Below are positions 19,172 through 28,897 of a stretch of DNA of 64,000 nt, one piece after another. The stretch's first letter is position 1, and each line of letters starts with the position of its first letter. Under the pieces are notes generated by a model, which saw only the letters and a program-made list of their open reading frames with translations, ran no database searches and was not told the DNA's origin. The stretch covers positions 544,001 to 608,000 of the forward strand of contig OZ240219.1 of NCBI GenBank assembly GCA_965197645.1, written 5' to 3'. Source of the DNA: Dehalococcoidia bacterium (GTDB lineage: Bacteria; Chloroflexota; Dehalococcoidia; Plut-88900). The translations under genes and the position numbers were made by a program.

Positions 19172-20290
19172 CTAGGAAGCGACCGCCGCAAACCGGTCCG
19201 GCAGCAGCTCCGATATCTCCCATGGCGTCTCGCCCCGGGTAATCAGCTCCGTGATCACCATGCCCATGATGGTGCTCAGCAGTATCCCCTTGCGCCCCGC
19301 GCCGGTACACAGGTATACGCCGTCCCACCCGGGCACCGGTCCGATGATGGGCAGGTGGTCGGCGGAAAGGGGCCTGAGACAGGCCGTCTGCAGGGCCAGC
19401 TCCGCCTCTTCCAGGGCGGGCACCATCTTCAGGGCGTCGGCCATCACCTTCTCCGTGCCGTAAGGGGTTATCGATTCGTCGAATCCCTCTTCCTCCTCCG
19501 TGGTACCGCACCAGGTCAGGCCGTCGGGCTTGCTTCCGGCGTAGCTGTGCCGGTAGCCCAGCGAGCAAGCTAGCGGCTCTCCCTGCATCTGCAACCGGAG
19601 TATCTGGCCCTTCAACGGGGTCACCGGAACGGGAAAATCGAGCCACTCAGAGGCTTGGCCGCTCCAGGGGCCCATGGCCACGACGATCGTATCGCACGGT
19701 ACCTCGCCGCTATCCAGCACTACCGCCGAGGGCCGGTTTCCATCCCGCTTGATCCCCACCACCTTGCCGTGTCGCTGCTTGGCGCCCATCCTCTCCGCGG
19801 CCTGGATCAGTGCCAGCACGAACCGGTAGGCCTCCACCGCCGCCCCTTCCTCCATGCGGCTGGCCCCGATCACCTCGGGGTTGATCCTGGGCTCGATGCG
19901 ACGTGCTTCCTCCCCGGTGACCATCTCCGCCTTCACCCCTGCCGCCGCCTGCCACGCCAGCCGCTCTTCGAGCTCCTTCAGGTCCTCCTCGTCGAAGGCC
20001 AAGGCCATGCCGGGCCCTTTGCGATAAAAGGTATCGACGTTGGTAATGCGCAACAGGTCCTCGAATAGCACCTCGTGGAGCCGGTAGGCCTCTCGAGCCA
20101 GCGGGAACACGGGACCCGGTATCCCGGCCCCGGAGTGGTAGGTCAGACCGCCAAAGGCGAACCCCGAGGCATGACTACCGATGGCCTCCATCTCGATCAC
20201 CGTGGAACCAAACCCCTCTTTCGCCAGGTAGTAGGCCGTGGCACACCCTGCAGCCCCTCCCCCCAGTATCACGATCTCCTCCGAAGCCAT
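19172..20290 (-). CDS. FAD-dependent oxidoreductase, glycine oxidase/DAO family
   Basis: GGGAAG FAD motif, AMGPWS, PLKGQI, LRP..ADHLPIIG, GRKGILLS. Confidence 0.85.
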   Translation of the reverse strand: MASEEIVILGGGAAGCATAYYLAKEGFGSTVIEMEAIGSHASGFAFGGLTYHSGAGIPGPVFPLAREAYRLHEVLFEDLLRITNVDTFYRKGPGMALAFDEEDLKELEERLAWQAAAGVKAEMVTGEEARRIEPRINPEVIGASRMEEGAAVEAYRFVLALIQAAERMGAKQRHGKVVGIKRDGNRPSAVVLDSGEVPCDTIVVAMGPWSGQASEWLDFPVPVTPLKGQILRLQMQGEPLACSLGYRHSYAGSKPDGLTWCGTTEEEEGFDESITPYGTEKVMADALKMVPALEEAELALQTACLRPLSADHLPIIGPVPGWDGVYLCTGAGRKGILLSTIMGMVITELITRGETPWEISELLPDRFAAVAS

Positions 20291-20471
20291 AACGCCTCCC
20301 GATTTTGTCACTTGGTTATTTGAGCGAAGCGGGCCCCACGCGGCATGAAACGGTGCGAGACCTCTAGTCTACCTTCACACTGGGCCTATCTAAGAATCGT
20401 CCGGCCCGTTTCCTTGCTCCAGCCGGCCTACCGAGACGTCGACGACGGGGTCCTCTATACTCCGGCAACCC

Positions 20472-20765
20472 TCATCGGACGGACAACCGAGCATGAACCT
20501 CGCAGGGCAGATTATGGAACTGCCGGGCCTGCCTGTCCAACGCCGAGGCCAGATGGGGCACCATCTCGTCCACCTTCTCATCGCTGGCTTCCGAGGGTGT
20601 ATCCACGCTGAGCATGGCCGTCACCTTGCAATCACAGGTCACCTTGAACACCAGGGCGTCCGGTTTGTACGGCCCCACGCCTATCGGCATCTTGCCGCTG
20701 AACGACTGAATGCCCGGCTCCGTCACCACGGCGAGTATCCGCTTGGCCAGCTCTTCCCGCTCCAT
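20472..20765 (-). CDS. Hypothetical 97-aa protein with CxC and CxxH
   Basis: 3' part of track ORF 20472..21119 from ATG 20765, downstream of the sirtuin; normal codon usage. Confidence 0.6.
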   Translation of the reverse strand: MEREELAKRILAVVTEPGIQSFSGKMPIGVGPYKPDALVFKVTCDCKVTAMLSVDTPSEASDEKVDEMVPHLASALDRQARQFHNLPCEVHARLSVR

Positions 20766-20809
20766 TGTGGTCAATGGTATCAGGCTAGGAAACGGCCAAC
20801 AAGGATAGG

Positions 20810-21595
20810 TCAGGACCCCTTTGCCGCTTGCACTCCATCCACTATCCTGGGCAGCACCTCGCCGGAGGGCGATCTGAGGACCACGTCGCACCGGCCGCTG
20901 ATGACTGTGTCGTAGGGGTTGATCTCTATCAGGAATCCCCCCGACGCCTTCACCTCCAGCGGAAACCCGGCCGCAGGATACACCTCGGCGGTGGTGCCGA
21001 TGAGCAGCATGCAATCGCATTTTTCCGTCTCGGTCTGGCACCGGGCCAGCACGTCGAGGGGGATCGGCTCTCCGAACATCACCGTATCGTCCTTGACCAA
21101 CCCTCCGCAGTGGGGACACATGGGCGGGTAATCATCGATGCGAAACTCGTCCTGGTGCCAGCGGGTGCGGCATCCTACGCACCGCATCTTGGTCATGTTG
21201 CCGTGGATCTCCGCCACCTTGCTGCTGCCCGCACGCTGGTGCAGATTGTCGACGTTCTGGGTAATGATGCAGTTCATGAACCCCAACGACTCCAGGTCCG
21301 CCAAGGCGACGTGACCGGGGTTCGGCTCAGCCTGCGCAAAGGTCTCGTGGAACTCCGCCGAAGGCCCATCCTCGTTCAGCCTCTCCATCCACCACTTGTG
21401 AGGGTCTGCCAGGAACCGTTGATACCCGTCCATCGGCGGTTCGCCATACTTGGTCCAAAGTCCGCCGGGACCTCGGAAGGGCGGGATGCCGCTCTCCACC
21501 GACATACCGGCCCCCACCAGGGCCATCGGGTAATTGGCATTGGCCACTGTATGAATGGCCCGGACCAGCTCCGCCTCCAGGTTTACGTCCACCAT
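20810..21595 (-). CDS. cobB: Sir2-family NAD-dependent protein deacylase
   Basis: GAGMSVESGIPPFRG, ITQNVDNLHQRAG, EIHG, CxxC...CxxC, VMFGE, YPAA. Confidence 0.92.
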   Translation of the reverse strand: MVDVNLEAELVRAIHTVANANYPMALVGAGMSVESGIPPFRGPGGLWTKYGEPPMDGYQRFLADPHKWWMERLNEDGPSAEFHETFAQAEPNPGHVALADLESLGFMNCIITQNVDNLHQRAGSSKVAEIHGNMTKMRCVGCRTRWHQDEFRIDDYPPMCPHCGGLVKDDTVMFGEPIPLDVLARCQTETEKCDCMLLIGTTAEVYPAAGFPLEVKASGGFLIEINPYDTVISGRCDVVLRSPSGEVLPRIVDGVQAAKGS

Positions 21596-21614
21596 GGCGG
21601 CCTCCTTCTCAGCG

Positions 21615-22823
21615 TTACATCTGTTGCTCGGCCCGCTGCGACATCTCCAGCTCGCCCTGCCTCACCCTGTACACCCGGGCCCTGGACAGAAACTCGCTAT
21701 CAACCCTATCCAAGTCCGTGGTCGTCAGAATGGTCTGCTGGGTGGTCAAGGCACTGTCCAACACCTGCTTTCGCCTCGATTCGTCCAGCTCGGAAAGGAT
21801 ATCATCCAGCAGGAGAACCGGGTCCTCACCCGTCTTGCGGACTAGGAAGTTGGCCTCGGCCAGCTTCACCGCCGCCACTATCGTGCGCTGCTGCCCTCGA
21901 GAGCCGTACATCGCCATGTCGGTCCCGTTGACCAGGAACCGCAGATCGTCCCGGTGCGGCCCCGTCACCGACATCCCCTGGGCTACCTCCCGGTCCCGCC
22001 GGGCTGCGAGCTCCCGGTGGAACACCTCCTTCAGCCCTTCGGGAGAGCCCCAATCGACGCCCTCCTCCTCAAGCCCCGGGGGGTTCGGTAGATAGGCTAT
22101 ACGAAGGTCTTCCGCACTGGCCGATAGCTCCGAGTGTATCACCTGGGCCAGCAGATTGATTTCTTCGATCATCTGCTTACGTTGAAACAGGAGCCGGCTC
22201 CCCTCGTCGACCAGCTGGCCGTCCCAGACCTGCAGCTCGTCTCGATGGGCGCTCCCCTCCCTGATCAGCCGGAGCAGGCTGTTACGCTGGGTCAGTATCC
22301 TGGTGTACCGTTGCAGCGCTCGCAGGTAGGCGCTATCAACTTGAGAGTTGGTGATGTCCAGGTACCGCCTTCTTACGCTGGGCGAGCCGCTCACCAGCTC
22401 TACGTCCTGGGTTGTAAACAACACGACGTTCAACCGCCCCATAGCGTCCGAGGCCCGCCTGGCTACTCCGTTGACCTTGATCTGCTTCCTCAGATAGGGC
22501 TGGGGCCCATCGGGCTGGCCGCTGGGCGCCGCTGGAGATTCGGATCCCAGGGCGATCTCGAGACGCACTTTCTCCTCGCGCCTTTGCACGTCTCCCACCA
22601 ACCGCGCCACCGATAGCACCCCATCTCCCGAGTCCCACCCGATCATCTCTCGGTCCATGCCCGCCCTTGACGACTTGGTGGTTGCCAGCATGTACACCGC
22701 CTCCAGAAAGTTGGACTTCCCCTGAGCATTGCTGCCGTACAGCACCACCGGCCCTGCTTCCAGCTCCAGCTGCAAGGATGAGTAGTTCCTGAAGTTGGAC
22801 AGGCCCAGATACCCTAGATACAT
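21615..22823 (-). CDS. recF: DNA replication/repair protein RecF
   Basis: NFRNY, GSNAQGKSN, GPHRDD, GSRGQQR, LLLDDILSELD. Confidence 0.96.
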   Translation of the reverse strand: MYLGYLGLSNFRNYSSLQLELEAGPVVLYGSNAQGKSNFLEAVYMLATTKSSRAGMDREMIGWDSGDGVLSVARLVGDVQRREEKVRLEIALGSESPAAPSGQPDGPQPYLRKQIKVNGVARRASDAMGRLNVVLFTTQDVELVSGSPSVRRRYLDITNSQVDSAYLRALQRYTRILTQRNSLLRLIREGSAHRDELQVWDGQLVDEGSRLLFQRKQMIEEINLLAQVIHSELSASAEDLRIAYLPNPPGLEEEGVDWGSPEGLKEVFHRELAARRDREVAQGMSVTGPHRDDLRFLVNGTDMAMYGSRGQQRTIVAAVKLAEANFLVRKTGEDPVLLLDDILSELDESRRKQVLDSALTTQQTILTTTDLDRVDSEFLSRARVYRVRQGELEMSQRAEQQM

Positions 22824-22936
22824 GCTCCCTACACTCTATTCGTATCGATTTGGGCCTGCAAGAGAGCTATCGATGGTGATAATATACAGTCTCTCTCACA
22901 CACGCTGGGGCGTTCATACACACCAGGGAGGTCAGG

Positions 22937-23692
22937 TTGAAGATTGCAAGGTACTACGCAGACGGTCGCACCTACTACGGGTTGATCGAAGGCGATTCCA
23001 TAAATCGGATAGCAGGCGATATCTTCACAGAGTACACCCTAGCCGACGAGGTCCGTCCCCTGGAGAGCGTCAAGCTGCGGGCGCCGGTGGTAGGCGCCAA
23101 GGTGCTGGCGGTGGGCCTCAACTACGCCAGCCACCTGGGCAACGCCAAGGCCCCGCCCGAGCCCGGCATCTTCCTGAAGTCCCCCTCAGCCCTGCTGGAC
23201 CCCGAGGAGTCAATCATACTGCCAAGCGACTCGGAGCACGTGGAACCCGAAGGCGAACTGGTGATAGTAATGGGGCGAAGGGCGCGCGGCGTGTCGAAAG
23301 AAGAGGCCCTTGACCACGTCTTTGGCTACACCTGCGGCAACGACGTCAGCGGCCGGCCCTGGCAGCGCGGCGACCTGTCCTGGTGGCGGGCCAAGGCCTC
23401 CGATACCTTCGCTCCCCTCGGCCCTTGCATCAACACCGAGACCGACCCCTTCAACACTGATCTGGAGGTGCGCATCAACGGCGAGGTGGTCCAGAAGAGC
23501 AACACCTCCGACCTGATCTTCGACGTGCCGACCATCATCAGCTTCATCAGCCAGTCTATGACCCTGGATCCGGGAGACGTGATCTACACCGGCACTCCAG
23601 GCCGTCCCAAGAAGATCAACCCGGGTGACGTGGTCGAGGTGGAGCTGTCGGGCATAGGCGTCCTGCGCAACCCCGTCGCCTCCGAGACGTAA
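22937..23692 (+). CDS. Fumarylacetoacetate hydrolase family protein
   Basis: VGLNYASH, FLKSP, EGEL, GYTCGNDVSGR, TLDPGDVIYTGTP. Confidence 0.92.
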   Translation: MKIARYYADGRTYYGLIEGDSINRIAGDIFTEYTLADEVRPLESVKLRAPVVGAKVLAVGLNYASHLGNAKAPPEPGIFLKSPSALLDPEESIILPSDSEHVEPEGELVIVMGRRARGVSKEEALDHVFGYTCGNDVSGRPWQRGDLSWWRAKASDTFAPLGPCINTETDPFNTDLEVRINGEVVQKSNTSDLIFDVPTIISFISQSMTLDPGDVIYTGTPGRPKKINPGDVVEVELSGIGVLRNPVASET

Positions 23693-23880
23693 GCCCTTCC
23701 ATAGGCGCTGTAATCAACAAAGTCGGTGGGCGGCGGCCTATCGAACTAGTACGCCTCCTTGCCCTGTCCCGTCGATTGATGTAGCCTATCTCATCGAATG
23801 ATGTAAGCGTTGGCCTGACCAGGACCAAGCCTCCCTCAGACGGTGACGGACTTGAGGGACGGACATCGAGGAGGATGATC

Positions 23881-25005
23881 ATGGCTGGTTACAGGGTGAT
23901 ATCGTCAGATTCTCACGTGTTCGAGCCGGCCGACCTGTGGACGGCCAGGATGGAGCCCGAGTTCAGGGACAGGGCGCCCGAGATCATCCATCGAGAGGAG
24001 GACGGAAGCGACTGGTGGGTCTGTGGAGACGTGAAATCGGTGAGCGGCGGGGACGGCGACGGGGCAGGCCGCAGATTTGACGACCTGGAGAACCTGAAAC
24101 ACGCCGGCTCCTTCGATGAAGTGCGTCTTGGCGGATACATCCCTGAAGAGCACATCAAGGACATGGACGTTGACGGGGTGACCGTCGGGGTCCTCTATCC
24201 CACTGCTGCCCTCTTCTGGTATGCCGTGCCCGATAGCGACCTCCTTTCATCGATATGCCGGGTCTACAACGACTGGCTGGCCGAGTTCTGCCGGCCCTAC
24301 CCCAAGCGTATCAAGGGCGTGGCCATGATCAACGTGGACGACGTCGAGGAAGGGGTGCACGAGCTGAAGCGGTCCGCCGACATGGGGCTGGTCGGCGCCA
24401 TGATACCCCTGACTCCCATCGAGGAGATGCCATACGATTCGCCGGAGTACGAGCCGATATGGGCAACCGCCGAAGAGCTGGGCATGCCCCTGAGTCTCCA
24501 CGTATCAACCAACCGGCCGATCAAGGGCCAGCCCTCCACGGACCTGGAAGCGGCCGGCGCAGCCGCGTTCACCAACGGCGACTTCATGGTCCGGATGTCC
24601 CTGGCCCAGATGATCTTCAGCGGTGTTTTCGAACGCTACCCGAAACTGCAGGTGGGAGCGGTCGAGCATGAGCTGTCCTGGGCTCCCTATTTCATCAACC
24701 GGATGGACTACACCTATACCCAGGTGCCCACCACCACCGTCGCCTACCGGTTCCAGGAGGACATGGTGCCCAGCGACTACTTCCATCGGAACTGCTTCCT
24801 CGGGTTCCAGGAGGACGACATCGGCATACGTCTGCGGGACCTGATCGGCGTGGACATCCTGATGTGGGGCTCGGACTATCCCCACCCCGAGTCCACCTTC
24901 CCCAGGAGCCAGCATATCCTGGAGGAGATCCTGGGTGACTGCACGGACGAGGAGAAGGCGAAGATCGCCGGCAGCAACTGCGCCAGGGTCTACAACCTGG
25001 ACTAG
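23881..25005 (+). CDS. Amidohydrolase family protein (Amidohydro_2)
   Basis: SSDSHVFEP, YNDWLAEFC, SLHV, GVFERYP, MWGSDYPH. Confidence 0.9.
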   Translation: MAGYRVISSDSHVFEPADLWTARMEPEFRDRAPEIIHREEDGSDWWVCGDVKSVSGGDGDGAGRRFDDLENLKHAGSFDEVRLGGYIPEEHIKDMDVDGVTVGVLYPTAALFWYAVPDSDLLSSICRVYNDWLAEFCRPYPKRIKGVAMINVDDVEEGVHELKRSADMGLVGAMIPLTPIEEMPYDSPEYEPIWATAEELGMPLSLHVSTNRPIKGQPSTDLEAAGAAAFTNGDFMVRMSLAQMIFSGVFERYPKLQVGAVEHELSWAPYFINRMDYTYTQVPTTTVAYRFQEDMVPSDYFHRNCFLGFQEDDIGIRLRDLIGVDILMWGSDYPHPESTFPRSQHILEEILGDCTDEEKAKIAGSNCARVYNLD

Positions 25006-25201
25006 GCGGCCCGGTATCCCGTTCGGAACCTAGACCACGTAATTTCATCGGACATCCGGAGCCGATCAGGTTGGCTCCTGAGCTCTAGGGTAGGCCCAAT
25101 AATCATCCGCTTGACACCTCGGCGCGGATGGGGACGATGGCGCAAAAGTCCTTCGGGCAGCGATTACCGTATCAGTACCTGATATCGTAGCGAGAAGGGA
25201 A

Positions 25202-25306
25202 ATGCCCCGTAAACCCAACCGCCTGTACTTTGGGGATTGTCTCGACGTTATGCGCGAGGATATCCCGGATGAGTCGGTCTACGCTCGGCCTCGGTCCGCA
25301 CTATAA
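25202..25306 (+). pseudogene. Truncated N-terminus of an N6/N4 DNA methyltransferase
   Basis: MPRKPNRLYFGDCLDVMREDIPDESV matches the start of beta-class MTases, which normally continue DLIYLDPPF; here similarity stops at about 25279 and a stop follows. RBS present. Confidence 0.7.
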
Positions 25307-25312
25307 TGGGAG

Positions 25313-26350
25313 TATGCCACCCACCATCGACGATGCCCTCGAGATAGTGCACGGGACGGGCCCGGAGTACGGCCCCGGCCTCTCCAACCACGCTCCCATG
25401 GGAGCGGAGGCCCTGGTCGCTATGGGCCGCGTAGACTCCGTTGTCGCTTGGGTCGAAGAGTATGTGTCCGAACTGCAGCCCACACCTAAGAGCGTGCGGC
25501 CGATTTCACACGAGGACTGGCGCGAGGCGCTGGGCGACATCCGGCGCTTCGCCGACTGGGTCGCGTTCTTCGACCGCGCGCTTGTGGAGGCCCCGTGGCA
25601 AAGCCTCCTTGCCGAATGGGTGCCGCTGCTCGCCCCCTCGATCATGGCCGCCGCCACGCACGGTCTCCTTCGAACCGCCCATGCCGCCAGGAGCCTCGCG
25701 GAGTCCGAGACACCACTGCGCATCCACGAGTTTGCACAGGGGCTCGGCTACTGGGCGGCCCGCTACCAGGAGCTGCCCGGCCGCCCGTCGGCGGACGACT
25801 CGACCGAACTGCCGTCGGACGCCGTGCGGCGCCTGCGGCGCGTCCACGGCCCAGGCTTCGAGGAGCAGGGCCCTGCTCCTCGAAGCTACGCGGCCTTGAC
25901 GACGAGCCTGATTTCGAGTCCGCCATCGGCCTGTCCGGGCCGAGCGATGACCTCTCGGCGTTCCTGTCCGACCTGACGGAGACATTCGCCGGCCTCTACC
26001 TAGTCAACGACTCGTCGCCCATCGCGTTCGTACACACCGTAACCGCTCCAAGCTCGCTACGGCTGATCGCTCCGTACCTGGACGAAGCGGACGCCCGCCT
26101 GATCGCCCGGTACCTCTGGCAGGCGTGCGCCGCCATCTACGCGTGGTACGGTGTCCGCGACCCAGCTCCGCACACCGCCCCCGACGTCCTGTACCACGAC
26201 CGTGACGACCTCGTCGACCGCGCGCTCCACGCCCGCGGCCCACACACCATCAAGTTCACCGAGGCCTGTCTCCGCGAGAACGCCATAAATCAAAGCCCCG
26301 TGTACCTCTCCGCCGCCCGCGACGCCGCCGACCGCGTTGGGCCCTACTAA
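25313..26350 (+). pseudogene. Questin oxidase-like (DUF4243) gene split by a frameshift near 25870-25885
   Basis: N-half (LSNHAPM, ATHGLLRTAHA, GLGYWA) is in the frame of ORF 25230..25976; C-half (FVHTVTA, HTIKFTEAC) is in the frame of ORF 25595..26350. Confidence 0.75.
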
Positions 26351-26428
26351 CGGCCCGACCGGTTAGGCCCCTACTCTCTCAGTCTTCCGCCAAAGAGGAT
26401 TCCTCGATGGACTCGGAATGACCTCAGC

Positions 26429-26680
26429 GGGACACCCTCAGACTCCCGGCGAAGGGGCTTCGCCCCTCTGCACACCCCACGTTTCACCGGCCTGTTAATA
26501 CTCCATGCCGGACCTGTTGCCCCTTTGACATAGGCCAGCCCTATCTTCTCTCATGTCGTGGGTGCAGGGCCTCGCCCTGCCTCTGGCAGGGGGTCTGGGG
26601 GACGTTCCCCCAGATACCAAACGTCTCAGGACGGGCGGGCGGGGAAAACCACCTTGGGGGTGGGGCATACGCCCCGCCGG
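26429..26680. repeat. Two GC-rich palindromic repeat copies (families B and C)
   Basis: 26429-26479 is the near reverse complement of 33581-33630 and similar to 39581-39660; 26580-26613 matches the reverse complement of 47088-47121 at 32 of 34 positions. Confidence 0.85.
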
Positions 26681-26697
26681 TTAACGGCCAGACCTAG

Positions 26698-26752
26698 CTA
26701 GATTGCCACGCCCCGACTTCGCCGGGTCTCGCAATGACGAGGGGGTCGTTGC
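26698..26752 (-). repeat. Dispersed partial copy of the 148-bp tandem repeat unit (CGTC-type REP-like palindrome)
   Basis: Reverse complement reads GCAACGACCCCCTCGTCATTGCGAGACCCGGCGAAGTCGGGGCGTGGCAATCTAG, almost identical to the unit core at 33.1-33.5 kb. Confidence 0.88.
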
Positions 26753-26763
26753 TAAGGGACTAG

Positions 26764-28026
26764 CTACACCTTCAGCAGCCTGTACAGCCCCTTTTCGGCG
26801 CGACAGGGGCCTACCACCGCCAGGTTCAGCTTCTCGGTAATCAATAGCCGGGTGGCCACCCGGTTCAGGTCTTCCAGGGTGACGGCCTCCATCTGCTCCA
26901 CCACCTCATCCACGGTATGCAGCTTGCCTGTCAGCAGTTCCTGGCCGCCCGCCCAGCTGGCGACGCTGCGGGTGTCCTCCATCCTGAGCAACAGCCGGCC
27001 CTTTACCAGCTCCTTGGCCTTTCGCAACTCCCCTTCGGTTACGTCCTCTTTGAGCCGTTGGAGCTCGTGGACGACGCCGGTCACCGCCTCTTTGGTGTGG
27101 GCTGGGTCGACGCCCGCGTAGACCACCAGCGAGCCCGAGTCCTGGAAGTGGGTGGTGTAGCTGTAGACGCTGTAGGCAAGCCCCTTGTTCTCTCGCAGCT
27201 CGATGAACAGCCGGCTGCTCATACCCTCGCCCAGGATGATGTTCAGGAGGTTCAGGGCGTGCCGGTCCGGGTCCCGTACCGACAACCCCCGCAGGGCGAC
27301 GCAAAGGTGCACCTGTTCCGTCTTCCGATACTCGATTTCAAGCCTGGGTTCAACCTGGCCATCGGCCACGGGTATCCAGCTTTTCGGGGTGTTGGGCTTC
27401 CAGTCGCTCAGGGTCTGGCTCAAAGCATCGACGATCTCGCCGTGTTCGACGTTGCCCGCCACGGTGACGAGGGTATTGCCGGGTGTGTGCTGGCTTTCCT
27501 GGTAGTCTCGAATCTCCTGCCGGGTCAGATTGCTGACCGATTCCCTGGTGCCGCCAATGTCCCTGCCCAGGGGGTGTTCAGGCCACACCAGCTGGTCGAT
27601 GAGGACGTCGGCCCACTGCTGGGGCGAGTCCTTCACCATGCTCAGCTCCTCCAGAATGACCTGTCGCTCCTTTTCCACGTCCTCGGGGTCAAACCGAGAG
27701 TTCCGCAGCATGTCCACCAGCAAATCCATGGTTTCGGAAAGGTGGGGCCGGGCCACCTTGGCCCAGAGGGTCGTGATCTCCTGGTCGGTGCTGCCGTTGA
27801 GCACGCCGCCGGTCCCCTCTACGGTCTCGGATATCATCTGGGGAGTGGGCCGGCGCTCGGTGCCCTTGAAGCAGAGGTGTTCGATGAAGTGGGATACCCC
27901 GGCGGCGTCATCCCGCTCGTACCTGGATCCCGTTCCTATGAAGACGGCTATGGCCGCGGAACGGGTATGAGGCATCGAGTTGGAGATGATCCTCAGGCCG
28001 TTGTCGAGGATGGTCTTTTCGTACAT
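26764..28026 (-). CDS. M16 family zinc peptidase
   Basis: GSRYE...GVSHFIEHLCFKGT (HxxEH), SSRLF.ELRE.KGLAYSV. Confidence 0.95.
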   Translation of the reverse strand: MYEKTILDNGLRIISNSMPHTRSAAIAVFIGTGSRYERDDAAGVSHFIEHLCFKGTERRPTPQMISETVEGTGGVLNGSTDQEITTLWAKVARPHLSETMDLLVDMLRNSRFDPEDVEKERQVILEELSMVKDSPQQWADVLIDQLVWPEHPLGRDIGGTRESVSNLTRQEIRDYQESQHTPGNTLVTVAGNVEHGEIVDALSQTLSDWKPNTPKSWIPVADGQVEPRLEIEYRKTEQVHLCVALRGLSVRDPDRHALNLLNIILGEGMSSRLFIELRENKGLAYSVYSYTTHFQDSGSLVVYAGVDPAHTKEAVTGVVHELQRLKEDVTEGELRKAKELVKGRLLLRMEDTRSVASWAGGQELLTGKLHTVDEVVEQMEAVTLEDLNRVATRLLITEKLNLAVVGPCRAEKGLYRLLKV

Positions 28027-28048
28027 AGTCTACTTGGTCACCCGAGGA

Positions 28049-28690
28049 CTACTTGGCCACCCAGGCCACTTCGCCGTGGAAGTCATCGGGCAGGTCCCGC
28101 TTCTTGAACTCGCCGAACAGCGCTTTCTCCTTGTTCAGCACCGTTTCGTCGCCGTGTCCGGGGTAGACATTCAGGTCGTCGGCCAATACGAATATCTTCT
28201 CTTCCAAGGCGCCAACCAGCTGCAGGAAGTTGGGCCCGCTTTCGGTGTAGCCGGGACCTCCTGGGAATAGGGTGTCTCCCGAGAAGAGATGGTCGCCCCA
28301 CAGTAGGGACGTGCCGCCTGGGGTATGTCCGGGTACGTGTATAGTCCTGAAGGTTATGGACCCGAAGGAGAAGGCTCCGTTGTCGGAGAAGTGCCGGTCG
28401 GCCTTCCCCGGGAGCTGGTCCTCGTCGTCGGGATGGACCACCATCGGCACCTTCAATGCGGATTTCAGGGCATCGAAGCTGGGGATGTGGTCGAAGTGGG
28501 TATGAGTGAAAAGGACCGCCTGAACGTTGGTGTCCTGGGCTTGGTCGAGGATCTTCTCGGCCTCGTCGGGCGCATCGATGATCACACTCTCGTTGGTCTT
28601 GGGGCATACCGCCAGATATGCGTTGTTGGAGTACGATCCGGTAACGATCTTTCGTATCTCTATGTCTTCGCCTTTGTAGAGAACAGCCAT
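28049..28690 (-). CDS. MBL-fold metallo-hydrolase (glyoxalase II-like)
   Basis: THTHFDH, PGHTPG, FSGDTLF, PGHG. Confidence 0.92.
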   Translation of the reverse strand: MAVLYKGEDIEIRKIVTGSYSNNAYLAVCPKTNESVIIDAPDEAEKILDQAQDTNVQAVLFTHTHFDHIPSFDALKSALKVPMVVHPDDEDQLPGKADRHFSDNGAFSFGSITFRTIHVPGHTPGGTSLLWGDHLFSGDTLFPGGPGYTESGPNFLQLVGALEEKIFVLADDLNVYPGHGDETVLNKEKALFGEFKKRDLPDDFHGEVAWVAK

Positions 28691-28794
28691 CTCCTCCTCC
28701 ATTTCCGTTGCTTGGGCCTCATTTCAATTGCCAGGGACCAGGGCGTTCATCTTCCGGTGCAGGCCAGCTTATCAGAGGACTGCAACCCCTGTAA

Positions 28795-28808
28795 AGAACG
28801 GTATTTCT
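28795..28808. promoter_or_regulatory. Candidate LexA (SOS) box upstream of uvrA
   Basis: AGAAC-GGTA-TTTCT, one mismatch from the Gram-positive/Dehalococcoides-type AGAAC-N4-GTTCT. Confidence 0.5.
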
Positions 28809-28897
28809 TCTCCATCATACTCGTATAAATCGTGCTTTGGCATACTTGTATAGGTACCGTTAGCCTTATAAAATAACGGTTAGCCCATCCCACGGCG

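Noticed and set aside
19172-20290. Calling the FAD oxidoreductase thiO
   Set aside because: No thiS/thiG neighbours or TPP riboswitch seen; substrate cannot be assigned.
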